64,000 nt of DNA from Mobula hypostoma (lineage: Eukaryota): NCBI RefSeq assembly GCF_963921235.1, contig NC_086097.1, forward strand, positions 140,370,001 to 140,434,000, in the 5' to 3' direction. Numbering within the stretch: position 1 is the stretch's first letter; each line of letters opens with the position of its first letter. The notes under the pieces are model-generated. The model was given only the letters and a program-made list of their open reading frames with translations, did not search any database and was not told where the DNA came from. Below are positions 36,670 to 49,009 of this stretch, one piece after another. The translations under genes were made by a program, and so were the position numbers.

Positions 36670-37870
36670 CACAGCAGAGGAAACTGCGAGCAGTTTCAAA
36701 CTTTTTTGGAGTTCACATCTTGCACAACCTCTCATGGTCCCAGAACACATTCTCCGAGGTCAAGAAAGCTCACCAATGTCTCTACTTTCTGAGGATGCTG
36801 AAGAAAGCTGGATGATGCACATCATACTCAAGACTTTCTGCAGATGTACAGTCGAGAGCATCCTAACATGCTGCATTACTGGTGGTACGTAAACTGCACT
36901 GCAGCAGACAGGAGAGTTCTACAGCAAGTAGTTCAAAATGTCCAATACATCACCAGAACCAAACTACATCAAGAACACAAATACAGAAAGGTGCCAGAGA
37001 AAGGCTAGCAATATTATAAAGGATCCCACCCATCCACCCTGCTTATGGATTGTTTGTCCCACTCCCATCAGGAAAGAGGCTCCACAGCATCCACACCAGA
37101 ACCACTAAACTCAAAAACATTTACTCCCCCCCAAGACATTAGGCTGAAAAACACCTCCACCATTTAATCCACCCCACCACCCTTGCATCTACGTCAGCTG
37201 CTCCTCTCGGCAACCCCTACGCACCCTTTACCTCTGATGCACTGCCACTTTATGCTTGCACTCTACACTTCATACCTATACTGAGACTGTCACTGTCCTA
37301 CTGGGTTTTCATGTGCTTTGCTGCTACCTAGAAGAGTTCCTCTTGCCAAGAGTCATTTGTCACATTATTTCCTGTAAGTCACCTTGAGTGCGAATACTCT
37401 TGCACCTTGCATCACTTTACGTACATGCAATTAGTCTACGTATATAAGCTAATCTTATGGCACGTGGCCAAGTGGTTAAGGCATTTGTCTAGTGATCCGA
37501 AGGTCGCTAGTTCAAGCCTCAGCTGTGGCAGTGTGTTTGTGTCCTTGAACGAGGCACTTAACCACACATTGCTCTAGTGTCTGCGTGAGGAGTGGCGCCC
37601 CACACAGACTTCCAATCTGCGCTTTGTAAGGCATGAAAATGCCTGACGCAGGCCTCTCATGGTCTGAGTCGATATTCCCTCCCCTTACGTATATACAGTG
37701 ACACTCAAAGAGTTACTTGTACATTGTGTTTTAAAGGATTGCATTTACATTCATATCTATTGTGTATTTTATGTTTATTATGTTTTTTTTATGCAGCATC
37801 AGATCCACAGTAACAAACATTTCATTCTACTTTACACTCACGTACTGAAGAATGACAATAAACAATCTTG
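36670..37870 (+). mobile_element. Degenerate Rex1/Babar-type LINE 3' part
   Basis: FFGVHILHNLSWSQNT...KKAHQCLYFLRMLKKAG and a 3' gaatgacaataaa. Confidence 0.75.
37459..37685 (+). mobile_element. tRNA-derived SINE
   Basis: A-box-like tggccaagtgg, B-box-like agttcaagcc and CORE-like gtgtccttgaacgaggcacttaacc. Confidence 0.8.
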
Positions 37871-37884
37871 AATGCTTGCAGGCT

Positions 37885-38200
37885 TTTTCCCCATCAGATT
37901 GGGCAAGTCTCGAAATAGAGGTAATTGGTTTAGAGTAAAAGTAAAAAAATTTAAGTGGAATCTGAGGGCGATCTTCTTCACAGCAGGTAGTGTGCGTGTG
38001 GAGTGAGCTGCCAGTGGGAGTGATAGATACAAGTTCAATTATAACATTAAAAATAAGTTTGGATAGGTACATGGATAAGAGAAGTATGGAGGGCCATGGA
38101 CTGGGTGCAGGTAGACGGGACTAGACAGAAGAGCAGGCTGGCATGACTAGATGGGCGAAAGGGCCTGTTTCTGTGCAGTGGTGCTCCATGACTCTATGAA
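37885..38200 (+). mobile_element. Old CR1 3' end
   Basis: Degenerate RGHRFKV...FFTQR region and a gggcgaaagggcctgtttctgtg tail. Confidence 0.7.
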
Positions 38201-38975
38201 GCTGAAATAGATTGGTAAGGGACTGGTGTATACCATTGGCCCAGAGGAGATGCAAATACGAGTTGATAATTAATTACTTAAGGGACAGGAAGACGCAAGG
38301 ACGGTAAAACATAAATGCTAGAAATAAGAAAAGTACTGAATTCAGTTTTGAATCTGAAGACCAGATTCTGCCCAACCCAACCGTGGCCTAAAACGTCAAC
38401 TGTTTATTTTCCTTCATAAATACTGCCTGAATTACTGAGTTCCTCTAGCACTTATTGTATGTCCAGATTTTCAGCATCTTCAGTCCCTCATGTGCTTCAG
38501 GTTCAGGATGTGTGTGTTCACATAGGAACCTCAATCTTTGAAGAAATTGTATGGAGAAATTTCAATAGTTCAGCAAAAGAGTGTCAGAATTTTTCAGCAG
38601 GTTCCAAATCAATATAAAGAAACTGCCTAAGTACAGGACAGAGATAGTATTTCTCCAGTGGTTCTTTCATTAATCACTACAATGTATCTCATAGCCGTTT
38701 AATAGATCTCACTTGGCAAATTTTAATTACATCTCCAGGTTTTCATTCTTTTCAAATCAAAGACTAACACAAGAAATATATCTCCATGTGCTTTAAAGTT
38801 CATCGCAAGGTAAATCAGATGGTATTTTCATTGTTCATTAGATTTGTCCCAGATGATTCTATTCTTTTCAACATATTAAGTTGGCCAGAACAATAATGAT
38901 GGTGTAACACAGTTCTACATTGAATAACTGTAGATCAAGGTACATTATATTTACTGCATGATTATATAGTAAATC

Positions 38976-39734
38976 CAGACATCCTACCTCTCCCAGAAGT
39001 TCCGGGAGTCTCCCGCATATTGATAGCGGCTCCCTGATGCCCGCAAATATCCCAGAAATTGATGAGAGAGTGAGAGAGTGAGAGAACGAGAACAAACACA
39101 CAAATAAATAAATAAATCCTGATTGGTCTCTCTTTGTGCTAAGTAGACCTATCAGTTTTCTCTGTGGGCAGGCTTTACAATCGACCTCTTTCTCTTTCAC
39201 TGTCCATCAGTTCAGTTTAGTGTCCTGCAGCGCCAAGGCAGAGTGTTCCAAAAAAAGAAAATATAAAACGTACTTCACCCCAGACTACACTAAAGTGTAC
39301 CCCTGCCTAATAGGGGTCAAAAATAATGACAGTGTTGCTCGCTGCACTGTTTGGAACAGTGACTTTTCTATTGCCCATGGTGGGTTAGGACTGTAAAAGA
39401 CATGTTGAGGTGAGTTTAACAGGTGTCATTCGTTCATTAGCATAGCTAACATTATTTAAGCTCGCTGGCTAGCTCAGGAGCTACTCTATTGATGTCCTAC
39501 GTGATGAGGCCAAGCTCCCTGTAGGCTTGCTTAAAGTTGTAATAGAATAAAAAATGACTCCAATATAATATAAGTACATATTTTATGAGGTTGAGACTTC
39601 TGGCAAAATGCTCAAATCTGCCAAGCAAGCCACATCACAGTACAAGGAAAGTTTGCAAAGGAAATAGAAAAGCTATTCGCATTAGCATTTAGCTATTAGC
39701 ATTGAGACTGCCAACAAAATACTCAACAAGGAGA

Positions 39735-39797
<63 letters not shown>

Positions 39798-39998
39798 CGC
39801 GCGTGTGTGTCTGTGTCCGTGTCTATAAATGGTTTCAATATGTGATCAAATAAATTGTTGTGTTCTTTCATAATCAAATGTCCTGTATACATACACCCTT
39901 GGAGGTCAACTGGGGCGGGGGGGGAAATATGGGGTTGCGGGGGGCAGGGGTGTTGGTGCTACCTCCTTGAAATGAGTTTTTGCAGGGTGGGATGTCTG
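38976..39998 (+). mobile_element. Internally deleted hAT-like element, CAGACATCC TIRs, probable 6-bp TSD
   Basis: CAGACATCCTACC...GGTGGGATGTCTG with flanks TAAATC / TAAACC. N-terminal zinc-finger-like remnant KKRKYKTYF...YPCL...ARCTVWNSDFSIAHGG; C-terminal remnant MLKSAKQATSQYKESLQRK* (39587-39667). Confidence 0.8.
39740..39794. repeat. (GT)n microsatellite, ~27 units
   Basis: Directly visible. Confidence 0.98.
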
Positions 39999-40199
39999 TA
40001 AACCTGTATGACTTGTTAAATTCTGTGGAGTTTGACAAGCCCCCAGAAAATATTTTGCAAAGACGTTCAGAAAAATTGCATGGAATCAAATAGAATCTAT
40101 GATGAGGAGAAAATGAAAAAAAGTTTGTATTTTCCAAAATAAGAATGTTTTCCAACTGTTTAACATTTTTGAGTTTATAGTATCGCTGAGCATTGGGTC

Positions 40200-42172
40200 T
40201 TGACAGCAAAAATCAGATGGAGGAGTTGGCATCAGCTGTGCCATCAAACTGGTTGGAATGTTCAAGGACATTTTCAACCTCTCACTACAGTAGTTTGAGA
40301 GTTTCAGCTGCTTCAGAAGAGTAGCAATCCTACCAGTGCCCGAGAGCAGGAGAGCTGCCTCACATCCACCATAATTAAGTACTTTGAGAAGTTAATAATG
40401 GCTAGAATTAACCTCTGCTTGAGCAAGGACCTGAACCCACTGTAATCTGTTTACCATCACAATGGAACAAAGTGGATACAATCTCACTAGTTTTCCACTC
40501 TGCTTTGGAGCACTTAGACAACAGCAAAACATGTGCCAGGCTGCTGTTTACCTAATACAGCTTGGCATTCAATACCATTATCCCCTCAATATTAATCACC
40601 AAGCTTCTAAACTTGGGCTTCTGGATCTCCCTCTGCAACCGGATCCTTGACTTCCTCATCAGGATACCACAGTCAATGCAAAACAAAATTCAAAGTCAAT
40701 TTCTTATCAAAGTACACATATGCCACCATAATTTAATGAGATCATTTTCTTGCAGGCATTTACAGGAAAATAAAGAAATACAGTAAAATTTATGAAAAAC
40801 TATAAATAAAGACTGACAAACAACCAACGTGCAAAAGACGGCAAATTATGCAAATAATTTTTTAAAGTAAATAAATAATAATGAGTTGCAGAGTCCCTGA
40901 AAGTAAGTCTATAAGATTGTGGAGTCAGTTCAGCATTGAGGTGACTGAAATTACCTACACTGGTTTAAAGGACTCATGATTGTAGGTTAATAACTGTTCC
41001 TGAACCTGGTATTGTGGCAGCTAAGGCTGCTGTACCTCCTGCCTGATGGGAATAGCGACAAAAGAACATGCCCTGGATGATGGGGTTTTTGTTTCCTTGT
41101 AACTGTACCTAATAATGGGGAGAGCCTGTAATGGACTGAGATGTATCCACCACTTTTTGTAGACTTTTCCAATCATGGGCATTGGTGTTTCTGTACCAGG
41201 CAGTGAGGTAACCAGTCAGGTTTCGCTCCACTGTGCATGCATAGACATTTGTCAAGACTGGTGTTAATAGCTCCTCTGTGCTGACAGTTAACGTATATGC
41301 CCTCAAGGATGTGTGCTTAGACCCCTGCTTTACTCTCTATATACTCACAACTCTATGACTAAGCACAGCTCAAAGGCCACCTACAAGTTTGCAGGTGACA
41401 TCACAGTTGTTGGTAAAATCTCAAGTGGCAACAAGGAGGTATACAGCAGCGAGATAGATTAGCTGGTTCAAGTGATGTTGCAACATCAACCTCGCCTTTA
41501 ATGTCATCAAGAGCAATGAATTGATTATGGACTTCAAGAAGGTGAAGTTGGGAGAACATTTACCAGTCCTCAATGAGTTGTCAGCAGTGAAAAGGGTGAG
41601 CAGTTTTAAGTTCTTATGTGTCAACATTTTGGAGAATTTATCCTGGCCCAACTGATGCAATCATAAAGAAGAGGCGCTAGCGGTTCTACTTCATGAGGTG
41701 TGAGGAGATTTGGTATGTACCAAAAACTCTTGTAGATTTCTATATATTTACAATGGAGAGCATCTGATTGGTTGCATCACAGTCTGTCATGGAGGCGTCA
41801 ATGTATAGGATTGCAGAGTGTTGTTAACCTAGCCAGCTCCATCATGGGCGCAATTTTCCCCACCATCAAAACAATCTTCAAGAGACTATGCCTCAAGAAG
41901 ACAAGCAGCTACCTCTCAATATACTTTCTTCTCTTTGCTGCCATCTGGGGAGGACGTACAGGAGCCTGTAGATGTACACAAACTGATTCAAACAACAACC
42001 TCTTCCCTTCTGACATCAGATTTTTGAACGGTCAATGAACCCATGTACACTACCTCATCATTCCTTTTTCTGCATCACTTATTTATTTTGTAATTTATAG
42101 CCATTTTTTGGCTCTACACTCTACTGCTGCCACACAACAATAAATTTCAGTGATAATAAACATCATTCTGAT
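40200..42172. mobile_element. Degenerate Rex1/Babar-type LINE (+) interrupted by an opposite-strand copy (~40685-41270)
   Basis: [15 protein letters not shown]...LCN.ILDFL and KFA.D motifs on the plus strand; HHPGH.L.SL.PSGRRY on the minus strand. Confidence 0.7.
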
Positions 42173-42382
42173 CTATTAATCAGCTTTACCTAAACTCTTC
42201 TATGGTCAAAGCATAAAAAGCCTCAACTGCAATGTTTCTTCCACATCAGGCATCACTTACATTGATAAGGTCATGTAAATTTTCGTCAATATAGTACAAT
42301 TAGCAAAGTGACACAGGCAGTTCAAGAAACAATGGACTAGCAGTTTTCTGAACGGACTAAGCAGTTTTCTGAACAGACTAAC

Positions 42383-42535
42383 CTGTTGATATGTTCCATC
42401 CAGTAACGTATCCAGATTACGGAGAGGTGAGGGAGTTTTGTCCTTGAAATGTGTTAAAAGTCGCCTTTGGATAGCCCTGTACTGTACAGCCCGTTCTGAA
42501 AGAAGCTCTTTATATTTCTCAGCATTTAGGCGCAG
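42383..42535 (-). CDS. BBS9: BBS9/PTHB1 coding exon (153 nt, phase 0-0)
   Basis: tatag|CTG CGC CTA...CAA CAG|gttagt translates LRLNAEKYKELLSERAVQYRAIQRRLLTHFKDKTPSPLRNLDTLLDGTYQQ, versus human LRINGEKLEELLSERAVQFRAIQRRLLARFKDKTPAPLQHLDTLLDGTYKQ. Confidence 0.95.
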
Positions 42536-42992
42536 CTATATAAATAACAAAAAATATTTTACGCACAGTTCTTCTTTTGAAAACTTAAAAAAATCATTTG
42601 AGTTCATATGTTCAAAATATAAATAAACTTCTTAAATTCACTTTATTTGAACCATTGCAGAAGTATAAAGGAAGGCCTCAATTTGGTGGACTGCAGCAAA
42701 TAAATGCTTACTGCTGATGTCAAATGAAAATCCCTGTAAAGATCCAGTGATCAACACAGTGTAGATTTCACTTTTCCTAATGTTTATTTCATTCTGGTGA
42801 CAGTACTATCTGATCTCTGAAATAGCTTCAAGCTGACTTGACATCAAATGTCGATGACATTTGCATACCAGGCAGATGAGAACAAAAAGGCTGGTATGCA
42901 TACACAAGATCAAAGTAGTAGCCAAAAAGTCAAATTGAATAACTAAAATAAATTAAATTTAACTAATCTTAGAAAGGTTAAATTTTGAAATT

Positions 42993-43808
42993 CAATGGAT
43001 TCCATTTAATTGAAATACATTGGAACCATAGATTTTGGCCCAATTAAGTGGCTGCCCCAATCAGCTGAAATTTCTGAAAATAGTTAAGAGGGTTAAAAAG
43101 AAAAACTACTATTTAACTGAGTAACAAATTATTTACTTTAATTAAATTCAGGACAAATTAGGACACCATCAATACTACTACAATACTATAAAACTGTATT
43201 GGTTCCTAATAACTATTGATGAAGGAATCCATCCACACTGCCGTGTTCTTTTGATTGACTATAAATGAACAAAATCACGCAGACACCTAGTGCAGATAAT
43301 GGACTGCCTTCATACAATCCTTTCAACAGTTGCATCCTCCAAGTCTTTGTTTTCATTGTAACATTCAAGATCATTGTCAATCCCTTCAAATTCTTCATAG
43401 TTCCTAACTTGTTGAAGTAGTGAACTCATTTCATTTTCAGTCCCAGCCATTTCTGGCATCTCCAAGCCTGAATACTTGAAGCAAAACAGTTCAGAATTGT
43501 CATACTGCTTATTTCTCACCAATTATCAGTGACAAAAATCACTGCTTTTTGAACACAAACACATGCAACTGATACCATTTAAAAACTTTGCTCTAAGCAT
43601 GCTGTTGTCTCTAACTGACATACAAGTACACTGGACTGACGCTAGTAAAAAAGAACAGTTCAGCAAGTCTCCTGTCCAAATTAAGCTGTGTAGTGTCACA
43701 CATAAAGGAAATCGCAACAATTTACTCGATTAATTTTTGCTCTTTAGGAGTTGTCCCAAATAAGTGGCTGCTCTGATTGACTGATAGCCCAATTAACTGG
43801 AACTAATT
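42993..43808 (-). mobile_element. Probable pogo/Tigger-type non-autonomous DNA transposon
   Basis: Repeated ccca(a/t)taagtggctgc subterminal motifs at both ends and an acidic transposase-like remnant EEFEGIDNDLECYNENKDLEDA. Confidence 0.5.
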
Positions 43809-43844
43809 TGTTTCAACATACAAAATTAGTTCTTTTGAGGTTAG

Positions 43845-46030
43845 AAACAAGAGAAAATCTGCAGAAGCTGGAAATCCAAGCAATACATTGCTGGAGGAAC
43901 TCAGCAGGCCAGACTGCGTCTATGGAAAAGAGTAAGTGTCGATGTTTTGTAACGACACCCTTCAGCAGGACTGGAGAAAAAAAGATGAGCAGATTTAAAA
44001 AGTGGGGGGGAGGGAGGAACAGAAGATGATAGATGAAACTGGGAGGGGGAGGGGTGAAGTAAAGAGCTGGGAAATTGATAGCGTAAGAGTTACAGGGCTG
44101 GAGAAGGGGGAAATCTAATAGGAGAGGACTGAAGGCAATGGAAGAAAGAAAGGGGGGGGGGGAGTAGCAGGTATTTCAGCTTGTTCCTGACCCACTGAAC
44201 GCACCTGTGTACCTTGACTCTGTTTTATCCCCCTACTTCAGTCCCTTCCTATCTACATCTGTGACACTTCACAGGCACCGGATCTTTTCAAGGATTAAGC
44301 TCCCTGACTCCCATCATCTTATTTTCACTGTAAATACCCAGTCCCTATACACCTCCATCTCCCACCAGGAAGGCCTCAAAGTTCTCCATTTCTTTCTGGA
44401 CACCAGACCCAACCAGTTCTCCTCCACCACTCTCCTCCATCTAGCAGAACTTGTCCTTACTCTTAATAATTTCTCCTTTGGCTCCTCCCACTTCCTTCAA
44501 ACAAAAGGTGTAGCCATGAGCACTCTCATGGGTCCCAGCTATGTCTGCCTTTTTGTTGGCTACGTGAAACAGTCTATGTTCCAAGCCTACACTAGTGTCC
44601 GTCCCCCCACTTTTCCTATGCTACATTGATGACTGCATTGGTGCTGCTTCCTGCACCCATGCAGAGCTCATCAACTTCATTAACTTTGCCTCCAACTTCC
44701 ACCCTGCCCTCAATTTACCTGGTCGATGTCCGACACCTCCCTCCCCTTTCTTGATCTCCATGTCTCTATCCCTGGAGACAGCTTTTCTACTGATGTCTAT
44801 TATAAACCACGGACTTTCACAGCTACCTTGACTCTACCTCTTCCCACCCTGGTTACTCAGAAAACACCATCCCCTTCTCTAAATTCCTCCTCCTTCGCCG
44901 CATCTGGTCTCAGGATGAGGCTTTTCATTACAGGACAAAGAAGATGAACTCCTTTTTCAAAGAAAGGGGCTTCCCTTTCTCCACCATCAATGCTGCCCTC
45001 AACTGCATCTCTTCCATCTCATGCACGTCTGCTCTCACCCAATCCTCCCGCCACCCTACCACAGATAGGGTTCCTCTTGTCCTCACCTACCACCCCACCA
45101 GCCTCTGTGTCCAGCACATAATTCTCCAGAACTTTCGCCATCTCCAACGTGATTCCACATCTTTCCCTGCCCTCCCACCTTCTATTTTTCACAGGGATCA
45201 TTCCCTATGCAACTCCCTTATCTATTCATCCCTCCCCACTGATCTCCCACCTGGCACTTATCCTTTCAAGCAGAACAAGTGCTACATCTGCCCCTACACC
45301 TCCTCCCTTACTACCATTCAGGGCCCTAAACAGTCCTTCCAGCTGAGGCGACTGTTCACCTGTGAGTCTGTTAGGGTCATATACTGCGTCCAGTGTGGCC
45401 TCCTGTATATTGGTGAGACCTGACATAGATTGGGAGACCGCTTCGCTGAGCACCTAACGCTCCGTCCACCAGAAGAAGCGGGATCTCCCAGTGGCCACCC
45501 ATTACAATTCCACTTCCCATTCCCATTCTGATATGTCAATCCATGGCCTCCTCTATGTCACAATGAGGCCACAATCAAGTTGGAGGAGCAACAACATATA
45601 TTCCTTCTGGGTAGCCTCCAACCTGATGACATGAGCATCCTTGAACTTCTGGTAATGCCCGCCCCCCTTCACTATTCCTCATCCCCTTTTCCCTCACTCA
45701 CCTTATCTCCTTGCCTGCCCATCGCCTCCCTCTGGTACTCCTCCCCCCCTTTTCTTTCTTCCATGGCCTTCTGTCCTCTCCTTTTAGATTCCCTCTTCTT
45801 CAACCCTGTATCTCTTTCATCAATCAATTTTCCAGCTCTTTTCTTACTGCTCCCACCCCCCCCCCCAGCATCACCTATCACCTTGTGTTTCTCTCTCCTC
45901 TCCCCCCACTTTTTAAATCTACTCATCTTTTTTCTCTAGTCCTGTTGAAGGGTCTCGGCCCAAAAAGTCAACTGTACTCTTTTCCATAGATGCTGCCTGA
46001 CCAAATGGGTTCCTCCAGCATTTTCTGTGT
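43845..46030 (+). mobile_element. Penelope-like element (RT plus GIY-YIG remnants) with inverted pseudo-LTR at the 5' end
   Basis: RT motifs SLYTSI, LTLNNFSF...FLQTKGVAM...GPSY.CLFVG and YIDD; GIY-YIG motif FTCES..VIYC..CG.LYIGET..RFAEH. The region 43845-44168 is the inverted copy of ~45735-46030. Confidence 0.9.
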
Positions 46031-46054
46031 TTTCAGGGTTAAAGATTGCTTTAA

Positions 46055-48745
46055 AAGTTCAAAGTGTGAAGTATATTTATTATCAAAGTACATATACGTC
46101 ACCATATACTACCATGAGATTCATTTCCTTGCGGCTATTCACAGTAAATACAAGAAACACTATAGAAAACTGCATGAGTCAGACAAACAACCAATGTGCA
46201 AAAGACAACAAAATATGCAAATACAAAAAGGAAAATACAAACCAAATAAAAATAAGCAATAAATATCAAGAACTTGAGATGAAGAGTCCTTTAAAGTGAG
46301 TTCATAGGTTGTGGAAACAGTTCATTGTTAGGATGAGTGAATTTCAAAGTTGAATGAAGTTATCTCCACTGGTTCGAGAGCCTTATAGTTGAGGGGTAAA
46401 ACCTGTTACTGAACCTGGTGGCGTGGGCCTTGAGGCTCCTCTACCTCCTTCCTAATGGCAGCAGCGAGAAAAGAGCATGGCCTTGATGGTGGGGATCCTT
46501 GATGATGTATGTTTCTTTCCAGCAACACTGCTCCTTGTAGATGTGCTCAATTGTGGGGAGGGCTTTATCCGCGATGGTCTAGGCTGCATACACTATTGTT
46601 TTTTTTTATTTTATTCTATTCCAGAGCATTGGTGTTTCCATACCAGACCATGATACAACCAGTCAGAATACCCTCCACTGCACATCTAAAGAAGTTTGTC
46701 AAAGTTTCAGATGACAGGCCGAACCCTCACTAACTTCTAAGTAGAGGTGCTGCCGTGCTTTCTTTGTAATAGCACTTACATGCTGGACCTAGGACAGATC
46801 CTCTGAAATGGTAACACTGAGGAACTTAAAGTTGCCAGGGTGCAGCTTCCCCACTTGAAAGAGATTGAATGTGTCTACCCGAAGGTTTTTTTAACTGGAT
46901 TCCACTCAATGACCAAACAACTTTTCCTTTTTCCTCCTTTTATTTTTCGCAAGTGCTGCAGTTTGATAGTTCCATTAGTTCCATCAACTATTAGACATTA
47001 GTCACTAGTCACTAGGTGAAAAAACTGGCTACCTCTCCGGACTTTGTAGATGGATTCCGACCTGCACAGCCTCCGCTCCCTAATAGACTGTTATGTTTTC
47101 AAACCGGGCGCAACTTCTGGAAGGTTCCCGAGCTCTTCTTAAACCTCGCGCCATTTCCCAGAAGTGCCCGTGCGTGATGATCCCCGTGACGTGAAGCTAG
47201 CGCTAACCCAAAACGCAGTGACAGCAGTGCTCTTTTCCATGAAACAGTCTCTCAAGTTATTTAAAGTTCAGTATCTTACCTCAGATTCCAATGCTGCTCC
47301 GGGACTGCCGCTGTGATGCTGCGGGGTCCGCCTAATATTCCAGGCAGAAGCAGCACTCAGTCAGTGGGTTCCGTCTGGTCTATCAGTGGATTCTTGCTAT
47401 TACTTTTAAATTTTATTTTCTTTTGCCTCTAGGTCCCAATACTTTCTCGAAACTCCAGTTTGACTTGACAAAAGTTGTTGACCCTCTCCACTTCTGATCC
47501 ATCAATGAGGACTGGCTCACGGACCTCTGGTTTCCTGCTCATGTAGTCAATAATCAGCTCTTTAGTCTTGCTGATATTGAGTAAGAGATGTTGTTGTGGC
47601 ACCACTCTGCCAGATCTTCAATCTTCCTTCTATATGCTGATTTGTCACCATCTTTGATTCAGCCAATGGCAGTGGTATCGTCAGCAAACTTAAATCTCAT
47701 AGTCTTAAGTATAAAGCATTAGAGCAGAGGACTAAGCACACAGCTTTGTGGTGCACCTGTGCTGATGGTGACTGTGGAGGAAATTTTTTTGTCAATCCAA
47801 ACTGATTTGGGTCTGCAAGTGTGGAAATCAAAGATCCAGTTCTTGCAGTTTATTGATTAGTTTTGAAGGGATGATAGTATTGAATGCAGAACTGTGGTCA
47901 ATGAAGAACATCCTTGTATAAGCATCTTCACTATCTAGATGCTCCAAGACTGAGTGAAGAACCAATGAAATAGCAGCCGCTGTTGACCTGTTGTGACAGT
48001 TCACAAATTGGATAGGATCCAAGTTGTTCTTCAGACAGGAGTTGATATGTTTCATCACCAACCTCTCAAAGCACTACATTGCAGTGGATGCACGTGCTAC
48101 TGGACAATAGTCTTTAAGGCAAGATACTACATTCTTTTTGGGTACCAGTACAATTGAAGCCTGCTTGAAGCAGGTGGATACCTTAGACTGCCAAAGTGAA
48201 AAGTTAAAGATATCAGTGAACATTCCAGCCAGTTGATCAGCACAAGTCTTCAGTACTCAGCTGGGTACCTTGCCTGGGCCAGATGCTTTCCATGGGTTCA
48301 CCCTCCTGAAGGATGCTCTCACATTGACCTCAGAGACTGAAATCACAGGGCATCAGGGATTATGGGAGTTTGTGAAGGTGCCACCATGTTTTGTCAGTCA
48401 ACTCAAGCATAAAAGGAATTGAGTTCATCTGGGAGCAAAATCTTGCTGTCACATATGTCACTTGGTTTACCTTGTAGGAGCTGTTAACATTTAAGCCCTG
48501 CCTCAGATGTTGAACATTCTTCTGTAATTCCAGTCTGATCCGGAATTGCCTCTTCGCATGTGAGATAACTTTCCAGATGTCACAACTGGATCTCTTGGAC
48601 TTTATTTGATTAGCAGAACTCATTCACAACTGACTTTATAAGGACCGTGACAACTGTAGCATATTCGTTCAGATCCTTTGATGAGTCCTTAAACATGGCC
48701 CAGTTCACTTACTCAAAACAGTCCCATAGACGCTTCTCTGCCTCC
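46055..48745 (-). mobile_element. Degenerate Rex1/Babar-type LINE, interrupted at ~46836-47470
   Basis: ORF 47828-48061 (NLDPIQF...RST..AISL.LH...[20 protein letters not shown]); the sequence resumes on both sides of the interruption. Confidence 0.8.
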
Positions 48746-49009
48746 TATTGTGCTTAATTACTGTTAAGCTAAAGACCAAGGCTCCAGAAGTGTGGTTTAG
48801 CATGCTAATAAAACCTCTGTAATACCTCGTTCTACTAAATTTCACATTTCCTGTTTACAGTGACATCACATGTAAAGGTTGAGAGATTTCCAGAGGATTT
48901 CTACCTTTCAGAACTTAAAATAGCCTAGGGTGGAACAGAGCATTTAACTGTTTTTGTATAATTCAAAAGTTGATGTCTGTTTATTAATTTAACACTTACA
49001 AAGGCTAAT

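Noticed and set aside
37459..37530. tRNA gene-like sequence (also 54410-54482, 27711-27780)
   Set aside because: These continue into SINE bodies and lack a proper acceptor stem, so they are SINE heads rather than tRNA genes.
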